Shown piece after piece: positions 48,312-62,130 of a stretch of DNA of 64,000 nucleotides (the stretch's first letter is position 1; each line of letters starts with the position of its first letter). Below the pieces are notes generated by a model that was not told where the DNA came from, did no database searches, and saw nothing but the letters and a program-made list of their open reading frames with translations. The stretch comes from Dipteris shenzhenensis (Eukaryota): NCBI GenBank assembly GCA_047967505.1, contig CM106538.1. The stretch is one strand, 5' to 3'. Position numbers and translations under genes: made by a program.

Positions 48312-49679
48312 ACAAATCCTGCACTCAAGTAAGTCACTCAGGACTCATGCTCAAGTCTTTTCTGTAAATTTTCAACATCGTTGACAGTTATACCGACGAT
48401 AAAGAGATCAAAGCATTGATGAATGGAAGTCCTGCAACAGGATTACTATTCCAAAAGGCCTGCCCGGAGAGTTGGCGAACGTACTCACCGAGGATTACGG
48501 GTTGTCTGATTAGGGTTTCCCTCCCTTAGCACGTCCATTTTTATATTTTCTTTCAATATGTTAATTGACGTAACCTTGTCAAATTATATACCTCATTAAA
48601 CGAAGGTCAAGTTTTTCTCAAATAATTTATTCCTTTTGATATTCAGATTTTCGCCACCATTGACAAATAGAATTCACTTTTTTAAGGTTATATATATATA
48701 TCTAGAGAGAGAGAGAGAGGGCATCTAAACATTCAGAGGCTTGTCCCCTACATGTGAATTTAATACCTTATGGACATCAAATGTGAAAGAGGACTTGAAA
48801 TTGATTGGCATACACAAAAGATGTGAAATTGAAACACCCTCTTTCAAAATAAGTTAATGTTGATAATGTTATAATCTTCTAAGCATTTCTATTAGTCTGA
48901 AATAGAGTTGGCAATAAAGAAGATAAACTTTTTGAAGTTCTTTGATGGTATTTTTATGGAGACTTTATAATAGTTATCATATTTTAATTCTAGTTCATCT
49001 TGCAACACATTCTATTGTGATGAATATCTATATACATGTATGTAATTGCTTTGTTGGTATTTGCTTTTAATTGCAATCAAGCCTACTCTTGCCTTAGTGC
49101 AAGTTAAATGTTTAAAGACCCTCTTAATGAACCTTTAGAGATGGTGGAATTAGTACTTTAAAGTTGTGTTATCATTGATCAATGAGTTTGGGACTTACAA
49201 AGTCATAAAGTTTTTAAGCTCTTCGGGAAGTATAGCTTGCAGTGATTTTACTCGATCCTTCAACTTTTTTGTGCTTTATAATAAATTAAATTACTATAGT
49301 TTACTCAAAATCTTACTAGATGTTTTATTTTACTATACTCTATAAGAAACTAAATTTGGAATATCTCAAGTAACCTATTTCACAAAGTGATTCATCTTTA
49401 ATATGTAAATTTCTTGGAGTCAAATATTAGATTGGCTTATTGATTGTAAGAGGTTGAAATTTACAAATCAAGGAATTCATTTCAAAAAGAGAAAGAATGT
49501 AAATGTTGTGTGTATACATGTTTATCTCGAGAACATTGTTATTCAACAACTCAGTGGGGGGTACAAAGGGTAAGGTTATCAAAAATGTAAAAATGACAGG
49601 ATTGGTTGTTTTGTGCAATATGTAAAGACATTATGAGTTGAATGGAAATTATTCCTCAAGCTTAATTGTTGAGTGGGCG

Positions 49680-49720
<41 letters not shown>

Positions 49721-50174
49721 ACAACACAAAGCAACTATAGACGCACTTGGTATATGCGCAAAATAGTGGGCGCGTCTATAGGTGTTGCTGTAGTAGAGGA
49801 ATTACGGGTGCGTTTAAATGGGCGTCTAAAAGCTCGTCTATTTGTCTGTAAATTATCGTGTCTACATGCGCGTTCAACTTGAGAAAATACTAGCCCGTTT
49901 AACATCGTGTTTATTAGCGCGTCTATTTGCGCGCGTATTAGCACGTTTATTTGCGCGTTTACACTGAGAATCAAACGCACATTTAGACGCGTAGATAGAT
50001 GCAAATCAGAGAATACAGAAAGTGAGATTTTGGTATACATCATTGCTTTCCAAACATTGCCCATGATTACCAAAGCACATAATTTTTTGTAAGCCCACAT
50101 ATACAAGAATTAAGTGAGATGGGGAGAATAATGAGATGATATCTAAAATAGTTTTGCCAATATCAATTATGGGG

Positions 50175-53100
50175 CTACGGTTCAATCTCATCCTCAATGA
50201 GATCAACCCTTACCAAACTATCTACTTCAAAATCCAAACAAGTGTTTAGATCTACAAATACATTCAACCCACTACTACTTGTGCCACTCATGTGCTCATC
50301 GAAATCAGCATCTCGAATGGTAGGCTCGTCCTCATGGGTTATGGCCTCAATATCTGTATCTCCTATCTCATGATCATCCTCCTCTCTCGTATCACGGTCA
50401 TCATCACGTCCATGGCCATGATTATCCTCCATACGCTCCATATTAGTAAATATACTATACATCACTTTGGAACGTGGCATAATAGGTATGACATGCCACC
50501 ATCTATTATTATCCACCATTGGTTGATAGACAACCTAATTCAAACACAAATACAATCATGTTACTTTTCTTGCATCAAATATTTAAAAGCGAGTATTTCT
50601 ATATGTGTGCACAGTACTTGTTCACATTGTTGCGGTAGTACTAGTGTGTCCTTCCTACTTTGCCAAAACTTTGTGGAGTCAATAGTTACAAAGCCACTTG
50701 CATGGCGTTTGATTGTTGCATTAGGGCCTCTTTCCACCACGTCCTTAAATCACTTTACATCCAAAACATACATAAAGAAGCGTCGAAAGTCATGCATAAT
50801 AATATCTTGGATTATGCCACAATAATCATCCATGGCTCCATTGGCTCCCTTAAAGCTAGCAATGACGCCACAATCTTGTGTGTTTCTCTTATCATCAATC
50901 CGTTGTGTTCGAAAATGCTTGCCCTCACACCATATAGCATTGAACATAGTGCACTACACTTAAATAAGCAATCTAAATTATTGAAAGCTCCTAACTTATG
51001 CATAACATTCTATATACCGACCTTGCTCATGCATCTCCTAGCATACTCCCATTCTTCCATTGTGATATGCATCCCCTCATCTTTCTCCGCTTTCTCCATT
51101 TCATCAAGTAGCCAATCCACATGAATATCCTTTGGAAGTGCTCTTAGATACTGAGGGTATGGCATACGAGATCCGTGGTGTGTACGAAAGAGGGCCCTTT
51201 CTTCTTGTCTTCTTGCCTTTGCATTCTCGTATCTTGTCACCCATCTTTTCATCACATCACTATTAAGCACGCAAAAGAGGTTGATACTATTATGCAACTC
51301 TGTGTCTATTACTTTGTTGCATCCTTTCCCTTGAGGCACAATAGAGGTCATCCTTAGGTCTTCATCATCTCTCCATATTCGTGGGAGAGAGCTATCCACA
51401 TCAACAAGAAACTCAGAAATATATACAAGTGACTCTTTTACCAACCAACCCTCGAGATGGGACCAATATGGTACACCATAAAAGATGGAGTATCTAAATA
51501 AAATAAAGTGTTAGCGGGCAATCTTTACTTTCAGCCAATATAGCCAATCTTTACTTCTAGCCAATAGTTACAAACCCTTACCGGCTCATGCCAAGTGGTG
51601 GAGGAGTCGTGGAACCGTCCCAAATTCTCATCCAATCTCCCACAGTGAGTGATTGTGGGAGGACTTCATTCCAAGGGGCAACATATCTAGGATGATCAGG
51701 TGGGAGAAATCGATGGTGATTCTCATAGATGATCTTATTCAATGCGTCTGCCCGTGAGGCAACTAGCGAAGGACCACAAACAGGACATGCATGGTAACCC
51801 GATGTAGTGAGACCTGAACAATAAATGCAATTAAGAGTGGAAGGTGGGTTTAGGGTGCCACATCCTTTGCCTATTCATAATTAAAAATGCAATGCTTACC
51901 TGAACACTCGCCATAGCCTGGGAAGTCATGCATCGTCCACATCAAGACTGCTTTGCAGTTGAAGTCTCGTGACGAGGGAGGCCTGCTCACATCATGCACC
52001 TCGATACCTCTCCAAAGTATCTCTAGCTCATCAATCAAAGGCTCCAAATAAACATCAGGGTTTTTGACTTTATGTTTCCCTCGAATTAGAAGGGACAACA
52101 TAACATGTCCTTTCTTAATAGCCATAGAAGGTGAAAGATTGTAATTCACCAATACCACTGGCCATACACTGTAAGACGTGCTTTTGAGACCAAATGGGTT
52201 CACACCATCCATACCCAATCCAAGTCTCAAGCTCTTAGGTTCTTCCTTGAAGCTTGGCCATGTGTCTTCAATATGCTTCCACGCGGCAGAGTCCGCGGGA
52301 GTTCTCCACTTGCCATCGGTTGATCGATGGGAGGAATGCCATGACATGAGCTCTGCAATAGATTTGCACTTGAACATATGTTGGATGCGAGGGATTATGG
52401 AAAAATGTCGCAATACCTTACGAGGCACGTCCAAGGTTTTGAGATCTGCTCTATATCTTGCCTCTCCACAAGTAGGACACTGTCTTGCATCCTTATGTAG
52501 TCCACGAAACAAAACGCAATCGTTGACACATGCATGGATGCACTTGTAATCTAATCCTCCAAGAGAGGTCACATGTTGCCTTGCCATATCTCTTGAGGTC
52601 GGTAGTTTATTCTCCCTTGGAAGCATTTTACACAATAGCCTGCACGTGAAGACCATAAATGAGGAAAAGCATTCGAGTAATTGACCCACTAGCATAATTT
52701 ACCATGGCAAAATAGACTTTAAAGCTTACTTGAGTAATGCATTCAAACTTGCATTGCTCCATCCATAGATGGTTTGCAAGTTTAGTAACTCAAAGGAGAC
52801 ACGTAGAACAGAGAATGTGCACCCCTCAAACAGTGGAGTCGATGCTGCAGTAAAAAGAGCATCCTGCTCCACGCTATCATCCCTCCCTTGATGGACATAT
52901 AAATCCCGTACCATATCATCAAACACCTCCTCCTCCACGGCTTCATGAGGTAATGGCGGAGGGATACTATCACCATCACTTCATGCATCCGTAACAGTCC
53001 CTCTTGAAGATCCTACCTCATATCGCCGACACTTTGCCTCCTCACGACGAGCATAGGGTAACATATGCGGGTGTGGCACTGCATCCTTTAGTAAATTAAA

Positions 53101-53345
53101 ACAGGATCATAACTCAAACATATGAACACCCATAGGTATCTCAATCAACCTTAACTTACAAACCCTTACCCTGTTTACGGTCACATCCCATTCTCCATAC
53201 TTTGAGATATGATTGAGTGTAATCCTGTGTGCACGATACATGTTTCCTCGACATCGATCACACAGACATTTGATTTTTTGCTCCAACCACATTTCGCGAT
53301 GGTGGATACGGAGGGATTCATCCTCACTGGAGCTACTTGTTGAAG
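50175..53345 (-). pseudogene. tnp2: En/Spm Tnp2 transposase, copy 2
   Basis: ORFs 51871-52695, 51010-51444 and 50175-50519 match copy 1. The start codon and the DUF4218-like region are lost. Confidence 0.9.
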
Positions 53346-54460
53346 ACGCGTGTTTAGACGCGCTTGTACACGTGCTTTTAGACGCGCTCTGAGACGTGCC
53401 TATAGACGCGCTCTGACAGACGGGATTTCTAAAAAGTAGAAAAGGACATTGCGCCCGACACACAAACATGACACTGATACCCAGATCATGCGCTTCTTGG
53501 ATATGAGAAAGTACAAATCTAAAGAGAGCAAACTTCCAAACAAGATCAACTGCAAAAAGACTTACTTGGATAGAGGTATGGAAGGTTCTTCTTTCTTTTT
53601 CAAAGTTGCTTCTCCTCCTTGTTCGTCCTCCTCTCCTTTAAGCTTAGAAGTAAGTGTGGGTGTCTTCCTCTTAAGTGTAAGCTTGGAAGTAAGTATGGGA
53701 GCCTTCCTCTTAAGCGTCGAAACTATGGATCTGCTAATAAGGAAGAAAGCAAGCCACGCGAAGTATAAGTAATGTGAAGAAAAGCAAAGCGAGCGCGCTA
53801 AAAAGCAGGTTTAAAAGCCACGTCTATATTCGCATCTAATAGCACGTCTATAGGCACGTCTGAATACACAGTGTAGATGCGCGTTTAGACGTGCCTTTAG
53901 ACGCAACTATAGACGCACTTTTAGACGCGACACAGAGTTTGAATTAAACATTTGAAGAAGAGAAAATTTGGTGGGTTGTTTGTCTGTCTGTGTCTACAAA
54001 CAACTAGACGCGTGTTTAGACGCGCTTGTACACGTGCTTTTAGACGTGCTCTGAGACGTGCCTATAGACGCGCTCTGACAGACGGGATTTCTAAAAAGTA
54101 GAAAAGGACATTGCGCCCGACACACAAACATGACACTGATACCCAGATCATGCGCTTCTTGGATATGAGAAAGTACAAATCTAAAGAGAGCAAACTTCCA
54201 AACAAGATCAACTGCAAAAAGACTTACTTGGATAGAGGTATGGAAGGTTCTTCTTTCTTTTTCAAAGTTGCGATGCGCAAATCAAATGCTCTGTTAGATG
54301 CGCAAATCAGACGCTTTGTTAAAGTTTCTGTTAGACGCTTTGTTAGACGCTCTATTAGACGCTCTTTTAGATGCTCTGCTAGACGCGTCTATAGATGCGC
54401 TCCGACAGTAAGCCTCTCTTCCCTTCCCTAATAGATTTTTTTCCTTTTTTCGAGTTCAAC

Positions 54461-55890
54461 ATGTGGCCAGGAAGCGCTTCCAGCTCACCTGATCCCCGAG
54501 AATCTATTTGGAAGGACTTATATAACCTTTTAGGGCACCCTCCTAGTCCTGCGGAGTTATACGGGTATATGACGGGTACTCTAAACACTCCCTAGGAGTC
54601 GGCACTATAGACTCCAAACCATCCCACAACGCCTGAGATCACCCCAGCAGAGTCAGCACAGTCGTCTTATGCCCCTTCCCCCATACCGTCTTATGTCCCT
54701 TCCCCCATGCCGTCTTATGTCCCTTCTGCCATCCCGTCTTATGCCCCTTCCCCCATGCCATCAGGAGGTCCTTCTGTCTTGCAGAGCCGTCGACGTACTC
54801 TTGTGCCATCGAGACTCGGTTCTCCAGCTACGAGTGGTCAGCGTAGTCCCTGCAGTCTCCAGCTACGAATGGCCAGCGTACGAGCTCGACACGACAAGAT
54901 AGCAGGCGTAGTAGCAGGGAGAGCAGTGGGGGATGCATGGCACAGTGCTTTGGGCCATGTGGCGGTGAGGAGGATGATGATTGAGATGATTTAGACGTGC
55001 CTCCGGGTGATGGTACGATTTATTATGACATCACTCAGACAGGAGGCATCTTGATGGATGCGCAGGGGAAGAACATCATGGCCTTCATGCACTCTGTAAT
55101 TGCTAACAATTACAGAGATTGCTTTATCCACTACAAAGACCAGCCAAAGAGGTTGGCTGATGAGACCCTCGCTGCTGTTCGCTCTAGGTATCCTAACCCC
55201 CCCAATCGCCAGTTCACAGATTAATGGGCCAAGTCAAAGATTGTTACGATACTTGGTAATAAAAGATCTTCGCTTAAGAGGCAGGCACTAGCGGAGCTTG
55301 CCAGGTTCAACCACCAAGGGGCCTGCCCCACACCGCTCACAAGCGTGAGTGGAAGAAGGCAATGAAGTCAGCTAGGGAGGACCCCAGTCTGCAGCACGTG
55401 GAGGCACGAAGGATCCAGATGAAGGAATATGGAAGCACGCATTTTGGAGCAGGGGGTGTTGAATCATGAGAGGCCCAATTTGTAAATATCGATCTCAAAT
55501 TATATTGCTTATGTAGTTTATTAGGAGGTTGTTTCTTTGTACTAATCCCTCCGCAAAGTGTGTCGTCATGCAGCTTGAGATCGTGGGCAGATACCCTACT
55601 CCTGTGAAGACAGCCTACCACTGCCACCATCGCAGAAGAGATACATGGAGGCACTTCTATGATGACAGGTTGATTACTGAGGAGCAGTATACCCGGGCTA
55701 CTGGAGCGGCCCCCGAGGTATTTGAAAGTAATTAAATAATGCCAAAATTATAAGTAAAGATTTGATTTTTCATACATTGATATATGTTGTCCCTTGTTTA
55801 CAGGCCCGTGCACAAGACGATGAAGAAGAGGAGGAAGGAGGCGCAGAAGGGAGCGTGGAAGGGAGCGAGGACCTGGAGAACATAGATTAG
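54461..55890 (+). pseudogene. En/Spm accessory ORF, copy 2
   Basis: MWPGSASSSPDPRESIWKDLY.., with stops and frameshifts. Confidence 0.65.
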
Positions 55891-56532
55891 TCGTACAAGT
55901 AGTACTAGCTACTCTTTTTTGTACTTAAAGCCACTGGCTTGGCTTTGTGCCTATTGTAATACACTCCTCTTATTTTTTGTACTTGAAGCCACATGACGTG
56001 GCTTAGCTTCGTGCTATATGTATATACAAGCACTTTTTGAGCTTTCAATTTTATTGCGTTTTGGAGTTGTAATGTTTTATTTGGAATTGTAATTAAAATG
56101 CGGTTGGCTGTAAGAATTGAATTACACAATGTGGATATGGGATTCTTGTAACTATATAGCATACACAACATACACAGCATTCTGTAAAATTTAAAAAATA
56201 AAAAAATAAAGTGCATCTATCAGTGCGTTTAAAAACGCGTCTATATATGCATCTGTCTGTTTGACTTGCGTCTATATTTGCATCTATAAGCGCGTTTATA
56301 AGCGTGTCTATTTATGTATCTAGCTGCGCGTCTATACATGCGTGTCTGATATATAGATGCACAATTAGACGTGGGTCTCTAGACGCAAAAATAGACGTGC
56401 AAATAGACACGCCCGTAAGTTTTTTATTTAGTTCAGTAAACGTGTCTGTGCGCACGTCTATGGGTGCTTTGTCTTGTTGTGTCTCCCACATACCTTCACT
56501 AGAACTTGGCAAGAAGAAAATGCTCCTTTAGG

Positions 56533-56533
56533 C

Positions 56534-56568
<35 letters not shown>

Positions 56569-56571
56569 ATG

Positions 56572-56630
<59 letters not shown>
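56533..56630. repeat. (CT)n/(CA)n compound microsatellite
   Basis: Directly visible. Confidence 0.9.
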
Positions 56631-56631
<1 letters not shown>

Positions 56632-56950
56632 TCCTGTCCTCTTGCATTTTGTTGTAAAGGAAGGGGAAGGAGTGAGGGTTACTAGGTGACTAGATCTAGG
56701 AGTTATACACACTCTTAGATACTAATAGATGCAATGCCCTTAGATATGGAGTGGAGTTGTAACTTGAGGCATAGTTAATAGAAAATAAACATTGGCACCT
56801 AATTTTATACCTGGATGGAAATGACTTAAGATTCATTACAAGTAAAATTGACCCTTTACTAGATGATGATTATTGTCAAAGGAGAATATTAAAGGTTGTC
56901 TAATTTACTCCTATGGCTCTAGGAAGGAGAGAAATGAGAACCTAGCTAAA

Positions 56951-59900
56951 CACAACAAGACAAAGTACCTACAGATGCACACATAGATGTGTTTAATCAA
57001 CTAAAAAAAAACTTACGGGCGCATCTATTTGCATGTCTATTTGTGCATCTAGAGACTTGTGTCTAAAGGCATGTCTATATAGTAGATAGACGCATCTATA
57101 GATGCGCATATAGACGCGTAAATAGATGCTCTGCTAAGAAATTTAAAAAATAGACAGACGCATTCTTAAACACATTTATAGATGCATTTATAGACAGTCT
57201 TATAAATGCGTTTATAGATGCGCAAATAGACGCTCCTCGAACAGACAGACGCGTATATAGACGGTTTGATAGACGCGCTACATAATATTTTTTAAATTTT
57301 GTGTGCTTGACCAGAATGCTGTGTATATTGTGTATGCTATGTAGTTACAGAAATCCCATTTCCGCATTGTGTAATTCAATTCTTATAGCCAACCACATTT
57401 TAATTAGCACTCTTGCAAGCACGTCTATAGTCGACAATTACAATTCCAAATAAAACATTACAACTCCAAAACGTTTAGTTCACAAGGCATTAATTGATAG
57501 AATGTTGCACAACAAAATTGAAAGCCAAAAAAATAAAAAGAGTATATAAATTCATAGCTCAAAAAGTGCTTGTATGTACATATAGCATGAAGCCAAGCCA
57601 CGTCTTGTAGCTTCAAGTACCAAAAATAAGAGGAGTGTATATAGAAGAGGCGCGAAGCCAAGCCAGTGGCTTTAAGTACAAAAAAGAGTAGCTAGCACTA
57701 CTTCTATGACTAATCTAAGTTCTCCACATCCTCACTCCCTTCTATGCTCCCTTCTGCACTTCCTTCTTCGCCTCCTTCCTCATCTTCTTCCTCGTCTTCT
57801 TGTGTAGGGGACTGTAAACAAGGGACAACATATATCAATGTATGAAAAATCAAATCTTTACTTATAATATTGACATTATTTAATTACTTTCAGATACCTC
57901 TGGGGGCGCTCCAGTAGCCCAGATATATTGCTCCTCAGTAATCAACCCATCATTATAGAAGTGCTTCCATGTATCTCCTCTACGATGGTGGCGGTGGTAG
58001 GCTGTCTCGACAGAAGTAGGGTACCTACCCACGATATCAAGCTGCAAGATGACACAATTTGCGGAGGGGTTAGTACAAAGAAACAACCTCCTAATAAACT
58101 ACATAAACAATATAATTTGAGATCGATACTTACAAATTGGGCCTCCCATGATTCAACACCCCCTGCTCCAAAATGCACACTTCCATATTGCTTCATTTGG
58201 ATCCTTCGTGCCTCCACGTGCTGCAGACTAGGTTCCTACCTCGCTGACTTCATTGCTTTCTTCCACTCACGCTTGTGAGCGGTGTGAGGTAGGCCCCTTG
58301 GTGGTTGACCTCCCTCGAGCCTAGCAAGCTCCGCTAGTGCCTGCCGCTTAAGCAAAGATCTTTTATTGCCAAGTATCATAACAATCTTTGACTTGGCCCA
58401 TTTATATGTGAACTGAACATTGGGGGGGTTAGGATACCTAGAGTGAACAGCAGCGAGGGTCTCATCAGCCAACCTCTTTGGATGGTCTTTGTAGTGGGTA
58501 AAGCAATCTCTGTAATTGTTAGCAATTACAGAGCGCATGAAGGCCATGATGTCCTTCCCCTATGCATCCATCAAGATGCCTCTTGTCTGAGTGATGTCAT
58601 AGAAGATCGTACCATCACCCAGAGGCATGTTTAAATCATCTGAATCATCCTCGTCCCCACCACCACCCCTCCCAAAGCACTATGCCATGCATCCCCCATC
58701 ACTCTCGCTGCTACTACGCCTGCTATTGTGTCGTGTTGAGCTAATACATTGGCCACTCGTAGCTAGAGACTGCACGGGACTACGTGGACCACTCGTAGCT
58801 AGAGAATCGAGTCTTGACTACTCGGGAGTATGCCGACGGCTCTGCGAGACAGAAGGACCTCTTGAGACATGGGGGCATAAGACAGCATGGGGGAAGGGGC
58901 ATAAGACGGCATGGGGGAAGGGGCTCGGCTATGTAGCTGGTTGGGCTGTGTTTACTCCGTTGGGGTAATCTCAGCTGGTGTGGGGTTGGGGTGGTTTGGA
59001 GTCTGTAGTGCCAACTCTGGGGGGTGTTTAGAGTATCCGTCATGTAGCTGTATAACTTCGCAGGACTGGGAGGTGCCCCAAAAGGTTATATAACTCCCGA
59101 AAGATGGTCTCCCGAAGATCAGGTGAGCCTGAAGAGCTTCCTAGCCACATGACGAACTGGAAAAAAGAAAAAAAGAAGATGATTGATGAGCTGAGAAGAG
59201 AAAAGAAGAGAAAAAGAGAGAAAAAGAGAGAAGGAAAGAGAGAAGGAAAGAGAGGAAAAGAGAGGAGAAAGGAGAGGAAAGGAGAGGAGAAAAAGAGAGA
59301 AAAAGTGGGGATAAAAGAGAGGAGAAAGGAGAGGAAAAGAGAGGAAGAAAAGAGAGAAAAAGTGGGGATAAAAGAGAGGAGAAAGGAGAGGAAAAGAGAG
59401 GAGAAAAAAAGAGAGGAGATAAGAGAGAAAAACTACCATGAAAAGAGAGGGAAAGAGAGGATAAAAGAGAGAAGGAAAGAGAGGCAAATATAGGAAAAGA
59501 GAGGAGAAAAAAAGAGAGAAAAAGAGAGGAGATAAGAGAGAAAAAGAGAGACGAAAGAGGAATAATAGTTTCCATCATTCAATATGCAATCCTTTTCTTG
59601 GAAGTGGAAGTGGAAAGGGAAAGGGAAGAGGAAAGAGAAAGGAAAGGAAAGGGAAGGGAAGAGAAGGGAAGGGAAGAGAAGGGAAGGGAAGGGAAGGGAA
59701 GGGTCTAAAACTGTCGGAGCATGTCTATAGACACGTCTGAGAAGCGCGTCTATTTTCACATATAACAGCTCATCTACAGATGTGACTATCTGTTTCTAAA
59801 AACAGAGTAGATGCATCTATAGACATGCTCGTAGATGCGGTTTTAGACGCACTCTCAGACGCATCTATAGACGCACTTCGATAGACGGACTATTCTAAAA

Positions 59901-60552
59901 ACTTGAAAAGGACATGCACCCGACACAAAAGCACAATACTAGTACCAAAAACATTCATTTCTTAGATACGACAAAGGAAGAATCCAAAGAGAGCAACTTT
60001 CAAAGAAGATCAACCATAAAGAGACTTATTTTGGATAGAGGTATGGAAGCTTCTTGTCCTTCTTCAAAGTTGCCTCTCTTTCTTCTCTTCCTTGTTCACC
60101 CTTTGCTTCTCTTTCTTCTCTTCCTTGTTCACCCTCTTCTCTTGTGTTCTTGGAGATGATTGTGTAAGCCTAGAAGTAAGTGTGGGTGCCTGGAGATAAG
60201 TGTGGATGCTCAGAACTGTGTTTGTTAATAGCAAAGCAAGCCGCGTGAAGCTTAAAGTATGTGAAGAAAAGCAAAGCAAGCATGCTAAAAGTAGATTTGA
60301 AAACCGCATCTAATTGCATGTCTATACATGCGTCTAAATACACGTGTAATTGTGCATCTATTGCATAGAGCAGACGCGGTTTTAGATGCACCTATATACG
60401 CACACCATAGAATAGACAGACGCGGTTTTAGACGCGGCATTAGATGTGCTACAGAGTTTTAAGATTAAATATTTGATACAAGAGAAAATTTTTTGGGTTG
60501 TTTATTTGTAGGATGTCTTCATCTTCAACAAGTAGCTCCAGTGAGGATGAAT
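56951..60552 (+). mobile_element. CACAA-terminated En/Spm copy 3, more diverged, truncated just after the tnp2 start; accessory ORF at 57710-59150 (-)
   Basis: Starts CACAACAAGACAAAG and is colinear with 15658-18620. GA-rich expansion at 59160-59705. Ends at MSSSSTSSSSEDE. Confidence 0.88.
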
Positions 60553-62130
60553 ATGCTCCAATAGCAAAGATGGATTCAATATAGTTCTTGATATCACTAG
60601 CAGCACTCAACAAATGGAATGTGTATCAGCTCGACATCAATAATGGATTCCAATGATTACCTACATGAGGAAGTCTACATGCAACAGCCAGCAAGTTATG
60701 TTGAACCACGAAAGGAGAATAAGGTTTGCCATCTCAAGAAAAGTCTCTATGGCTTAAAGCAAGCACCCAGAAGTTGGTATAGCAGAATTGACAAGTATTT
60801 TGCTAATCTGGGATACATGAAAGCCAATGCAGACCATACACTCTACTACAAAGTTCAAGGGGAAGAAATTACTATTGCACTTTTGTACGTAGATGATCTG
60901 ATTGTGACAGGAAGCAAGGATAGCTTCATTAAAAAAATAAAACAAGACTTATCTACAGAGTTTGACATGAAAGATCTTGGACTTATGCACTATTGTCTTG
61001 GTATTGAGTTCTAGAGAGATTCAGACAACACTTTATGAGTCAGCTCAAATATGTTGACAGTCTCCTGAAGAAGTTTCATATGGCAAATTGCAAGATTGTA
61101 GCCACTCCCATGGAATAGAGTTTGAAACTTACTAAAGATTCAGAAAAGCCTACAGTCAATGACAAGTACTACAGGCAGCTCATCAGATCTCTTCTATATG
61201 TGACTATCGCACCGCCAGATATTTGTTATGCAATAAGTTCACTTGCATAGTATATGACAAATCCAAAACAATGTCACTGGAAGGCAGCCAAAAGAGTCTT
61301 GAGATACATTAGAGGTACATTAGAGGTACAAGACAAAAGAGTCTTGAGATACGTTAGATCAACATAGGGATATGCATTTCTCCTTGGTCAAGGTGCTATA
61401 TCATGGTTGCCAAACAAACAGCCCACTGTTTCTTTGTCTTCGACGGAAGAAGAATATAGGGCACTCACTATAGGTGCATGTGAAGCTATATGGCTTAGAA
61501 GACTATTGTAAAAAATAGATTACTTTGATGAGTCAAAAGCTAGCAACAATATACTATGGCCAAGAATCCAGTATACCACTCTAGGACAAAGCACATTGAT
61601 GTCAGAGAGCACTTCATCAGAGAAAGAGTGTTACTTGGTGACATCACACTATAGTATTGTGATAGCAAAGAGAATGTTGCAAACATCTTTACCAAACCAC
61701 TTGGTAAAGAGCTTTTCGAGAAACGCCAACTAGCTCTTGGTTTGATGCAGAGGAAGGATATTCCCATTAAAGGGGTGTGATGGAATGTAATGTTCAGTCC
61801 TTCTTCGATTCCCCAGAATCATCATCTTGCAAGAAGGCCTACTTCATGATGTTGATCTTGAGGGAAGGTGTTGAGAGTTCATGCTCAACATCATGTGATC
61901 ATATGCGCATAGCACCATCATGTGATCATATGTGTATAGCACTAACCCAATAGAGTACTATGAAGGAAAGGGTTAGATGCCCTAAGCGTAACCCTAAATG
62001 GGTTTGTATATATTCTACATATTCAACTAAATCTAGCATACAGTTAGTCATTTGTGGTGTACTCTCTAGCTATGCCCTCTCTCCTCATCTCCACTCTTCT
62101 CCTCTCCCCTCTTCATATTTTGTCATAACA
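60552..62130 (+). mobile_element. Copia family C RT/RNase H remnant + 3' LTR (61776-62130)
   Basis: YAPIAKMDS, LKKSLYGLKQAPRSWY and LYVDDL motifs. PPT AAAGGGG. LTR TGTGATG..CATAACA. Confidence 0.88.

Larger units (their letters stand above)
49717..56481 (-). mobile_element. CACAA-terminated En/Spm copy 2 (inverted, internally deleted and rearranged)
   Basis: Ends CACAACAACACAAAGC and GCTTTGTCTTGTTGTG. TSD TCT (49714-16 and 56482-84). About 780 bp deleted at about 51452 relative to copy 1. Confidence 0.93.
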
